A stretch of 47,260 nucleotides of DNA from Phoronis australis (taxonomy: Eukaryota > Animalia > Phoronida), in NCBI GenBank assembly GCA_002633005.1, contig NMRA01000672.1, positions 113,290-160,549 of the forward strand. Reading direction: 5' to 3'. The number at the start of each line of letters is the position of its first letter. The first letter of the stretch is position 1. The notes below the pieces were generated by a model. The model made no database searches and had not been told where the DNA came from. It was given only the letters and a program-made list of their open reading frames with translations. A program made the translations under genes and the position numbers. Shown here one piece after another: positions 26,801 through 35,374 of the stretch.

Positions 26801-29245
26801 CCCAGCCTTGAAATAGTTGATGTGAACCTTTGGCTGACAAAAATCGGTAGGACTAAAAAAAAAAAACGTTACCGCCATCAGTAGCATGCGTCTGCGTCTT
26901 TTTATCTCGTCCATCCACTCCTCCACTCCCACCCCCACACACTTTTGGCTGCAGAGCCGTAGTATTTGTCACCGCGGTTTACAATAACACGAGACGCCAT
27001 TGAAAATCCCACCACGCTATCCCAGATGCCCCGGCAATGTTGACAATTTACGTTCCTCCGAAACATAAAGAGCAACTTCCGCTTTTCGAGGTGAACGTCG
27101 TCGGCAACGCCGCGGTAGGAAAAGAATTTGCCGCGGAAATTTTATATCAAATCCGATTTTTTTACGCGGAAATATAATAAAACGCGGGGACAGAACATTT
27201 GAAAAAAGCGGAAATCCGCGTTTCCGCGGAAAATTCCAAGCCCTGTATCACAATCAGGGGTATGATGATACAGTTTCTGTGACATTAAAAGGACAAATTT
27301 GATTTTCGTTTTTTAGGCAGCTAAATAGGGCAAAATACAGCATCAAGTTCTGTGCACTACGTACCATCAGAACCACTCAAAACAATGTAAAACCCTTGAA
27401 AATGATACGAAGGGCACAATAGCTTTTTTGGCAAAAATTGGTGAGTCTTTACAACAAGCAGAACTCTACCTGTCTGGCGTGATTAGCCACCCATTTCTCA
27501 CTGAGACTGTCCAAAGAGGCGACACCAGCATCACCTTCTTTGGGTGGTGTTGGACTGACGTGCAAAACAAAATCCTTCTGTGAGCTGTTCTGGAATCAGA
27601 ATATTTGTTACAATGTCATTCAATGCCTAAAGTATATCATTCATGCCTTAAAGTAGAATATTATAAAAATGTACTAGTGTTGTCATTATGGTTTTTGGAA
27701 TTGAAATGATTACCTATATTCAAGATCTTTCTGTACAAATAATAGAAAAACTCCAACACCCCAGTACCCCTCACAGACTCAAAAGAGAACAAAATTGGAT
27801 AGACAAGCTCAATACACTAGAACCGCATGGATTGAACATAAAAACTTCTTAAATTATATCATTGAATTTTTTACGCAAAAATGTATCATATTCATTACAC
27901 CATATCTTAAATGTCAATTGTCACATAGTGTTTGATTTTACTTTATTTCTGTTTGATTTTACTTTATTTCTGTTTCTGTTGACAAAGGACGTTATTACAT
28001 CCGAAAATTTCAGTTGATCCATTCATTTTTATTAACATATGCTGCTACTTGCAATCATGAAGAGCTGTTCACTAGCGATACATAGTAAGACAGTGAACAT
28101 TGAAAAACTGAGCACAGGAGTGTGATAGATTCAAAGACAATAACGGTCTCCAAAAAAAGTCCTTCTAATACATTATTTACATTTTTCTCAATCCAGTCTG
28201 AACAGGCATTCACAGCTGACCCTGATTTTCAGAAATCAAAAAGGGAAATCTGTTTTTATAATTAGCAAACATCATGTTTTTCCGTTTTCTAAAATAGCAA
28301 ATTTACGTAGTTTTACTATTTAAAAATTTTAAAGTGATAAATAAACGTCATAACACAATTTGAAAATTCCCTTACATTTCCTCAAAAATTATGCCACAAC
28401 TGCATTTAGGAACAACCTGCTGCATGCTACGTTTAATGTTTCCTGAAATTGGAAAAAGAACGGTGCCACTTTCAGTTTCAGAAAGAATGACGAACTACTT
28501 ATCTGCTACACCCAACCAGGGCCACGTGATTGGCAGTCTTACTGTTGCGAGTGAACTTGGAGTCTTGCTTAACCTCAAGATCGTGCATGCGTGATTTCTT
28601 GAGATTAAGCAGGATTCCAAATTCACGCACAGCAGTACTTCGGTACAGACACAGCTGTTCACTAATACACTAGTCAGTAATCAACTACGGCACTAGTCGG
28701 ATGTAATGGACCCTAACTTATTCCAAATAAATCCACTAAATGCAGGTCTAAATGAATGATTTTGGTATCGCTGCATTCCTCAGACATCTGGCTATCAGTA
28801 CAAATCCTTTTCACTACCCTCAATTACTCTAGTCTATAAATACGCCATTCTGAGCTTGGTCCACTTTAGCCACGCGCATCGTGAAATCGGCAGCCATTTC
28901 AGGGAACTTACTATATCTAGCGCCATCTAAAAAAAAGCATTTGTACGGATAGCCAGATGACTGAGGAATGCAACGATACCAAAATCATTCATTTAGACCT
29001 ACATTTAGTGGATTTATTTGGAATAAGTTAGGGTCCAATTTATCCGACTATTGCCGTGCCGTCAACTACTTTTCTTCAGTCCAGATGGTGACAGAGTCAC
29101 ACCTTATTATAAAGGTGAGATGACACTGAAATACGACAAAATTATGTACTTGGCCTATTATGAGACCGATAACCCATCCAGTCTCTGTGTAAATTGAGTC
29201 CAACGTCTTCTTAACATTTTCTTCTGCAACAAACGTTCGACCCAT
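17772..29245 (-). CDS. ODR4: ODR4 homolog (ER membrane GPCR-maturation factor, C1orf27 family); complete 10-exon CDS
   Basis: Exons 29245-29150, 27589-27470, 26140-25950, 25061-25025, 24133-23993, 23161-23027, 22224-22014, 19812-19630, 18589-18503 and 17860(or 17836)-17772 join in frame. MGRTFVAEE, GLIIGQNSSQKDFV, HARQVHRMLPGGLDILGIF, CRTYDV, PAEWKYQS, RCELLCEDLL, CDYMFPDES and a C-terminal TM helix match recalled ODR4. Confidence 0.95.
17990..18225 (+). mobile_element. 3' end fragment of a non-LTR retrotransposon (Ingi/I-group-like) in the last ODR4 intron
   Basis: Encodes DECAC.TGPQTPDHLLQNCP..LRC.TWP (CCHC knuckle) followed by a GAA-rich tail. Confidence 0.65.
18503..18589 (-). CDS. ODR4: ODR4 exon 9 (NEDDVLRPCVDEEPPSEPQVGGALGPRII)
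   Basis: tttcag| acceptor, G|GTAAGT donor; phase fits; poorly conserved linker. Confidence 0.8.
19630..19812 (-). CDS. ODR4: ODR4 exon 8 (DARVLYETPLRVFGKLPGLPLSFCDYMFPDES...CEKLP)
   Basis: ttttag| acceptor, A|GTAAGG donor. Confidence 0.92.
20415..21955. repeat. Tandem duplicate of ~0.77 kb (20415-21194 / 21196-21955) joined at the N at 21195
   Basis: Colinear near-identical copies with small indels. Confidence 0.9.
21911..22020. repeat. 35-bp tandem repeat (3+ copies) spanning the ODR4 exon 7 donor
   Basis: TGTTCACATGCCTSAGTTCMCCCACTACCTCACCY at 21911, 21946 and 21981, running into the exon at 22016. Confidence 0.9.
22014..22224 (-). CDS. ODR4: ODR4 exon 7 (LTSKG...LRGSICGRAFVH...RCELLCEDLLQSEEEQ)
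   Basis: ttgtag| acceptor, G|GTGAGG donor. Confidence 0.92.
22276..22567. mobile_element. MITE-like element with YAGGGCCCT termini (hAT-like ends)
   Basis: TAGGGCCCT ... AGGGCCCTG; internal TTCCCC repeats. Confidence 0.5.
23027..23161 (-). CDS. ODR4: ODR4 exon 6 (AGLQTTFQSIQESLATINGMFR...IELYSNT)
   Basis: ttgcag| acceptor, |GTAAGT donor. Confidence 0.87.
23993..24133 (-). CDS. ODR4: ODR4 exon 5 (CESKPAEWKYQSFAHNWGVLH...NRQIQ)
   Basis: tatag| acceptor, |GTATGG donor. Confidence 0.9.
24672..24824. mobile_element. Short MITE-like element (Harbinger-like ends)
   Basis: GGGCCCAGTTGTATAAAA ... TTTTATGCAACCCAGCCC. Confidence 0.5.
25025..25061 (-). CDS. ODR4: ODR4 exon 4, 37 nt (KTTCRTYDVTDHK)
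   Basis: Matches recalled KIFCRTYDIHDPK; |GTGAG donor. Confidence 0.9.
25062..25949 (-). other. U12-type GT-AG intron of ODR4 (888 nt)
   Basis: Minus-strand 5' site GTATCCTTTT; branch site GCCTTAAC (25079-25072) 10 nt before the terminal AG. Confidence 0.9.
25950..26140 (-). CDS. ODR4: ODR4 exon 3 (VHRMLPGGLDILGIF...VCSLSR)
   Basis: ttcag| acceptor; ends at AA|GTATCCTTT. Confidence 0.93.
26738..27245. mobile_element. CpG-rich MITE-like element with CGCGGAAA subterminal repeats
   Basis: TAGAGCTTGGAAT ... ATTCCAAGCCCTG; flanks TGTCAC / TATCAC. Confidence 0.65.
27470..27589 (-). CDS. ODR4: ODR4 exon 2 (NSSQKDFVLHVSPTPPKE...WVANHARQ)
   Basis: ttccag| acceptor, |GTAGAG donor. Confidence 0.92.
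28540..28637. mobile_element. ~98-bp palindromic (foldback) element
   Basis: TACTG..GTGAACTTGGAGTCTTGCTTAACCTCAAGA / TCTTGAGATTAAGCAGGATTCCAAATTCAC..CAGTA. Confidence 0.7.
28687..29061. mobile_element. Young MITE with ~120-bp near-perfect TIRs and a candidate TSD TCAACTAC, in ODR4 intron 1
   Basis: TGGACCCTAACTTATTCCAAATAAATCCACTAAATG... and its exact reverse complement at ~28940-29057; TCAACTAC at 28681 and 29062. Confidence 0.85.
29150..29245 (-). CDS. ODR4: ODR4 exon 1 (MGRTFVAEENVKKTLDSIYTETGWVIGLIIGQ)
   Basis: gcgATGG start; |GTACAT donor. Confidence 0.92.
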
Positions 29246-29580
29246 CGCCGGTCAACGCAACAACACTCTTCAGCAAATATGAAGGTCAAGGCCACAGTAC
29301 GTAGTCTCGCAAAAGTAGCCTAATGATATACAATGTAATATTATGCATAAATGGCAAATATGTGACTTATTAGATTATAATTTTACTCTTTTAATTATCA
29401 AGTGAATTATATTTTGTTGCAAATAATTAAACACAGTAAAATATCAAACATTGGGTTTTGCGACTGAGACTGGAATTAAAACTACTATGGTTCAGTATGG
29501 TTGACAGTCCAGTTCCTGCTGTATTTCTTTTCACGCTGTTTCGTCGATTGTTTGTCATCACTAACCTTAGTTAGCTTGAG
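29246..29580. promoter_or_regulatory. Probable bidirectional promoter region for ODR4 and ZDHHC12, including a probable non-coding ZDHHC12 first exon ending at 29580
   Basis: ODR4 ATG at 29245 (-); strong + strand donor GAG|GTAAGC at 29580/29581 with a matching acceptor at 30897. Confidence 0.6.
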
Positions 29581-30928
29581 GTAAGCTAACGTAGGTTTAA
29601 AAAAGTTATAGAATACCTAACTGAGTGGCGGTCTGGTGTAACTAGCTTGTACGTAGCTCAAAATAGTCGTGTTGATCACTTCAGACAGACTAGCGTCAAA
29701 ATCATCGTCCTCCGCTCCAGGGCAGGAGTGCAGAACAGTAGTTATTTACATTTACAAACAGGCTGGTGTCTATCATCCTTATACTATCAAGTTGAGCCAG
29801 GTTATTTACGTGTAACCCAACATTGGTGTGTATTATCTTATAGATAGTAAGCAACAAAGTGTGCATGAATAGTAGTTCTTTTCCCTCACTTGTTTGCTAG
29901 TAAGTAAGTACATTGTGATTGTCTGGGTGAGCCTGGATGTATGCAGTATACCATATGCACATCATCCATCATGTAGCCTTGGTATAAAATCCACAGATTT
30001 ACAGATATGGAACTCAAAATTATTTGATATCTTTAAAAACTATGTTATTCCTTGAGTAAAGCAAATACTGAGGTTATGCGTACTTAAAACTGCTGCCAAT
30101 CTGATGGTAAATTTGTTGAGCCGTAATATGTGTCAACTTTCGGCAACATGAAATAGAGTGTAATCTTATCTACAGGCAAATTTCTTGTTTTTGGTGATTC
30201 CTCAATCAACTGTTCTTCCACAAGGATGCATGCCACTCACAACAAATTACAAAAATTGGTTTCTCTTCATTAGAATTGTATTATCATCAAACCGAGTTTC
30301 TGAGCTAATTTTGCTTTAGCAAAGCTGTTACAATCTCTCAAAGGTGTTGCAAAAAGTCACGTAAACGGCCCGTGCGTGTGTCACAAGGATTTCGTTTTAA
30401 AGTCTTCAAGAGAATCTTCTTTTGTCAAAACCAGGAAGGTGTTGCAAGAAAATGACGTTTGTTAAATTGTTTTTCACTTAAATGGTTATAACGAGCAAGG
30501 TGAGTGTCGCTCAACGCACTAGATTTTCTATGCACCTCATGACAAGGTCATGTGCAGAACCACTCGGCATGTGAAATTTCCATTGAAAATTCACACGTAT
30601 CGTTCCCTAGCTGTATTTTGATGCTAATCTACATACAGCAACTGGTTCTATTCTAGCAATATTAAGCAATGGCACTAGGACAGCACCAGCTCGTGGGTGT
30701 GTCGTCACAGAGGACTGGCTGAATAGTCCCCCACTTTTTTAAACTTTGAAAATTTAGATACCGAGTTTTTCTGATTTCAATTACTGTTTAATCACAACAA
30801 TGTTCAATTCATTTTTATTACAAAATTGATGACTTCCTACAATCTCTGCAGCCTAGCATGCAACAGAAGTGTTACCATCTCGGCTAATTCATTTCAGCCG
30901 AAGCAACCCATGACACCTTTGTGACAGA

Positions 30929-31061
30929 ATGTCTAATGTTTGCTCAGCCGTGTCCCAGGCCTGTCGCCGGCTGCCCTGCAGGTCAAATGCTGTCTTGATA
31001 CGAGGGTTTCATACATTGCTTACGTTGGCTGTACCTATAGTGGTGGCTGTCAAAAAGTCTG
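30929..31061 (+). CDS. ZDHHC12: ZDHHC12 first coding exon ([44 protein letters not shown])
   Basis: G|GTAAGT donor; probable acceptor at 30897. Confidence 0.85.
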
Positions 31062-34000
31062 GTAAGTTGGTCACTATAAGGTAAAACCAATAACATTAAG
31101 ACATTTGATAATATCTGCTGTTATAGCCTATGCAGTGCCATCTTTGAAAACTATTTACATTTGTTCTTGTTTTGGGATGGAGTCCTTTGTTGTTGTTTTT
31201 CAATACAAGTTAGCATTTTCAAAAACCGGACGATCGCCCGCACAAATAAAAAAGTTCATGTTCAATTCAACGTTTCGTCTTTTCATTAGACATCATCAGG
31301 ATCATATTTACAACAATTTAGGACAACAAGTGCCAACATACAGCTCAGGTAACATCCATAGAGTGAAGTGAGAGATACATAATAGAATATAGTCAGTAGC
31401 TGGTCATCACCATAGCTGCAGGGCCACAGAGCTTTGCATATTATTCAGAGAATCAGTGGCATGCTGGTTCTGAAGTTAGCATTTTCTAGTTATACACGAT
31501 AAAACATTATACAATACAGTTAGTTGACAGATTGCTTCAACAGAAAGATTCACCACAGCTAACTTGATATATTTCAATTTGAATTTTGGTATTTCGGCTT
31601 GACTAATTAACACAGATACTGCAAAAATGTCAAAATCTGTGAAATTATGGTAATATTTGTTTTATGCATGTGATGCTACAAATACTCGGTGAGTTGTTAA
31701 GTAACATTCACGTCAGTAATGATGTAAACAAGGTTTTGGTTTGTTGTACCTAATAACATACAAAGTGCTGCCAAGCCCTTGTTGAACGTTGGATCCTCCA
31801 ACTGTTTCTTTATGTCTCAAGCTTTGTTTAATGAGTAGTTTTAATTGTTCAACTGTAAAAGAAGAGAAATTATACTATTTAGGTGCATTTTATTTTCTAA
31901 TTTGATTTACAATCATGTGGATATCTATATAGACCCTGTATATTTTCAGTTAAACTTATGTGGCTGTTCTTCGGGAGGAAGTTTTCGGTTTTCAGAATTG
32001 GTTAAACGCACGACATTTTTCATTGTTCACAGTCTTTATTCCATTACGTTCATACCTTCGGAACAAAACTTATATAGAAATTTCACCCTTTTCACGATTG
32101 TTACGTGTTGCGGGTCATTTTTTTGCAGATCTCAACAATTCATTGTCTGGACATAGCTCTGTTGTGTATGCTATTGCCTACATTGGTCTACTGTTGTTCT
32201 CTCTTCTCCTATATTACGTGGCATGTATTATAGACCCAGGCTTTGTACCAATGGTGAGTCCGTCAATTGTCATGTGACCATGACTTCTCTGTTTACAAGT
32301 AATACATTGAGGGGGAAGTGCTTAGCTGCATGATGACACACACACACACACCCTTTTGAGAAGATAAAAGGCACATCAACTCAATAAATAAAAGTTGTTA
32401 AAACTGATTCTGCTTTAGACTAGATAGAGATCCAACTGCTTTCTATGTTGCATACTCGATTTATGCTGCTAAGAGACAGCTTTTTGGCTTTGTTCTTGTC
32501 GCTGTCTTTAGCTTTGAATTTTTTTAACTTCCAACTTTGTCTATATTCCTTTAAGGAGGGATGTGGTTACTGAATTATTCTGTGTGTTTAGGGTATAATA
32601 ATTTATATAAATAATGTAAATCTACATTTCCGCATAGGTTTAAGGTTAACATATACTACATTTCCACGCTGGTTTAAAATTTGCATATTTACATACGCTC
32701 AGGAGTTCAAGGACGAGGTGCCTACTACTCAGTCTAATTGGATTTCTGTACTCGACAGAAGGTCCTGATGACTCAGTGGCTAGAGCGTCTGCATGGTTAG
32801 TAGAAGGTCCCAGGTTCGAGTCCCGGTTGGAGTAGAAATCATTTCAGACTTATATTCATTAGGTTACGTAATGGGGCCACAGATGGCGTGCTGACCAGAC
32901 TTAAAAACGTTTGCTGTATCGCGAATTGTTAATATGTCTGTTTTAGGGTATAGCAGGCGTCGAGAGACCTGAAGAGGAGGAGACGTTGTGTAAAGAGGAA
33001 GTAGTGAGCAGATGGTGTGAATACTGTGAAATAGAGGTAACTCGTCCATAAGCAAGAGATTCATTGGCCTTTTTTACAGGTAGACGAATCATCACATTGC
33101 AATGGATTGTGGAATGCTGGTTATCCAATGAAATCAGAGATCGTACAGCTACATTTTTAGCTAACGGGGGGCCTGAATGACGGATATTCCACAAATTGTA
33201 AACTTAGAAAAGGTCAACTGAAGATCAGGAATTGAATTTCATGTATTACCTACACAATGTGCCCAAGATGCTTATTAAAGATTCATGATGGAGGCACTAT
33301 TAGTAAGGAGATTGGAAAATGAAATCGTTACTCTACTGGCTGGTTTGCTTGAAATTGGCAAAATTCAAATTTTAAAACTGTTGTGTAACAATTTTTTGAG
33401 AGATGCTTGCTTCATGAGATTCTTAAACCTTGTTATTAAAATAATTTTGAAGCTGCCAACTGTACAAGCAATAACGGCAAGTGTTTTTCATTTGGCCACG
33501 ATTTTGAGAACCAGTTTTCTCCACTGAATAATGGGCATCAAACTGGTTCTCACAATGTGGGTACGTTACATCCAATTATTGCCACAGCTTCTGCACACTA
33601 CTTGTCTGTTGCAGCAACCAATGAGAGCTCGCCATTGCTACGACTGCGATCGCTGTGTTGAGAAATATGACCACCATTGTCCGTGGCTAGAGACATGCGT
33701 GGGGGAAAGAAACCATAGGTTCTTCTGGCTCTTCCTACTATCCAAGGCTTCCATTATAGTGTGGACTATTGTTGTAGCCTGGTACGTTCCTGTGTCCTGC
33801 ATACATTTCATTACAGCCAGTCAAAATTATGCCCCAATAGCTGACTTTCGAAATAGCTGCGCCATATTGAAATTCACTATCCTGCCAGATGGCAATCGCA
33901 TCTTTGGTGGACAGGCATTCGGCGCCACCTACAGATCTCATGACAAGAGGTTTCAACCTGGTGGTATTAACAGCGTTCTAAATCTTTCCTGCTATTATAA

Positions 34001-35374
34001 TGCCAACAAATTTTCACTTATGTGCGTTGGGATATAATGGCATACGGAGGCAAACCTCTTGAAATATCCCCAGATGAAGGACATCATGTCTCGTGCATTT
34101 CCCACTATAAAGAAGAATCTGCAGATGGATAGTCGGTGGCAGCGAATGATAAATAAGGACGATTTTGATACCAAATGTCCAAAAGCTAAAATGAATTAAT
34201 GAATTTAACCTAATCAAACATTGGGAGGGTTTGAAAATAGATTTATTAGTCTGTTTTTCAAAATTAATGAACCAGTACATAGTGGTGAATTTCTGTCTAC
34301 CAAATGTGAGGATTAGCGCTACTAGCTTTCTTGCTCTCTTTACTCTAGAGAGCGCTGTTATGAAGCCCCGTATTGCTTGTATCTTAATTATGATTTTTAG
34401 TTTATTAGATGTAGGACGCGAGATACTGTAGTTGCTTCAAAAAATTCTATAAAACAAATTCAATCAAAGAAACGGTATATAAGTGAAAATCTCACTTGCA
34501 GTTTTGTTTAGATTATAAAACTTATTTTACATAGGAAGTGTGTGGAAATGAGGTTTATCCAGATTTTAAAAAGAACAATCTACATGGACAGTCGATTGAA
34601 AGTTACCTGTGTACCTGGAGCTCTCTGGTAGCTGTCCATTTCTCTGTACCCTAGCGTCTGAACTCGTGGTCTAGGTAGTCCAAAAATTGTGTGACAGTTT
34701 TGCACTTCTGAATTATTAGCATAGAAAGCAAATTTTTCATGATGAAGGATAACAGAAAAGTGCAGAGGCATCATACAAAATTTAACATTGCTGCAAACAG
34801 TAACAAAAATATTTTTCTCTGCAGAATGTCAATAATAGTGAATAGGCCACCGCTACATTGTTTGTCCCCAGTTTGGAGTAGTTGCTAGGGGCATGACATA
34901 ATCACTTTCCACCCCTATTTTTGCCATAACGTCTACTCTTTCTGACATGTTGTTGGAACAGGAACCAAGTCATGTGACCATTGATGTTAGCAACTTTCAG
35001 CCCCAAACAATTTACTGCTTATTGATTGGCTCTCTTTTCATTCCAGGCGAGCCATTCAGCACAAAGACACGTGGTCAGAGTGGTTCCAGACCAACGTGCT
35101 CCTAGTCATCGTACTCGGAATCCTTGGCCTCTCTTTGATGGCCGTACTGCCGCTGCTGGGAATGCACACCTATCTGATGGTGACCAACCAGACTACCTGG
35201 GAGGCCATGGCCAGGTCAAGGATTACATACCTGAAACACCTGAACGACGACTATAACCCATTCCATATGGGTTACTGTGCAAACGTGTTTAACTTCTTTT
35301 GTCGGTTTTCAAAACAGAAGTGGAATGTGTTGTATACGAAATCTATGTCGAAGGTAGATTTGCAGGATGTTTGA
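30929..35374 (+). CDS. ZDHHC12: DHHC palmitoyltransferase, ZDHHC12-like; 5 coding exons
   Basis: Exons 30929-31061, 32129-32253, 32947-33036, 33615-33781, 35047-35374 join in frame. Motifs DPG, C..C...[32 protein letters not shown] and NPF..G...N...FFC; N-terminal [11 protein letters not shown] resembles recalled ZDHHC12 VLVRTGHTVLT. Confidence 0.92.
32129..32253 (+). CDS. ZDHHC12: ZDHHC12 exon (DLNNSL...[14 protein letters not shown])
   Basis: ttttgcag| acceptor, |GTGAGT donor; DPG motif. Confidence 0.92.
32762..32834 (+). mobile_element. tRNA-like sequence (SINE head or tRNA pseudogene; anticodon position GGT) in a ZDHHC12 intron
   Basis: A box TGACTCAGTGG, B box GGTTCGAGTCC, anticodon arm TCTGC-ATGGTTA-GTAGA; acceptor stem mispaired; no oligo-T terminator. 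Confidence 0.6.
32947..33036 (+). CDS. ZDHHC12: ZDHHC12 exon ([30 protein letters not shown])
   Basis: ttttag| acceptor, |GTAAC donor; first CxxC of the cysteine-rich domain. Confidence 0.88.
33615..33781 (+). CDS. ZDHHC12: ZDHHC12 DHHC-domain exon
   Basis: [37 protein letters not shown]; TG|GTACGT donor. Confidence 0.95.
35047..35374 (+). CDS. ZDHHC12: ZDHHC12 last coding exon
   Basis: ttccag| acceptor; TNQTTWE, YNPFHMG; TGA stop. Confidence 0.93.

Noticed and set aside
32762-32834. Functional tRNA-Thr gene
   Set aside because: Mispaired acceptor stem, atypical anticodon loop and no Pol III terminator; kept only as a tRNA-derived element.
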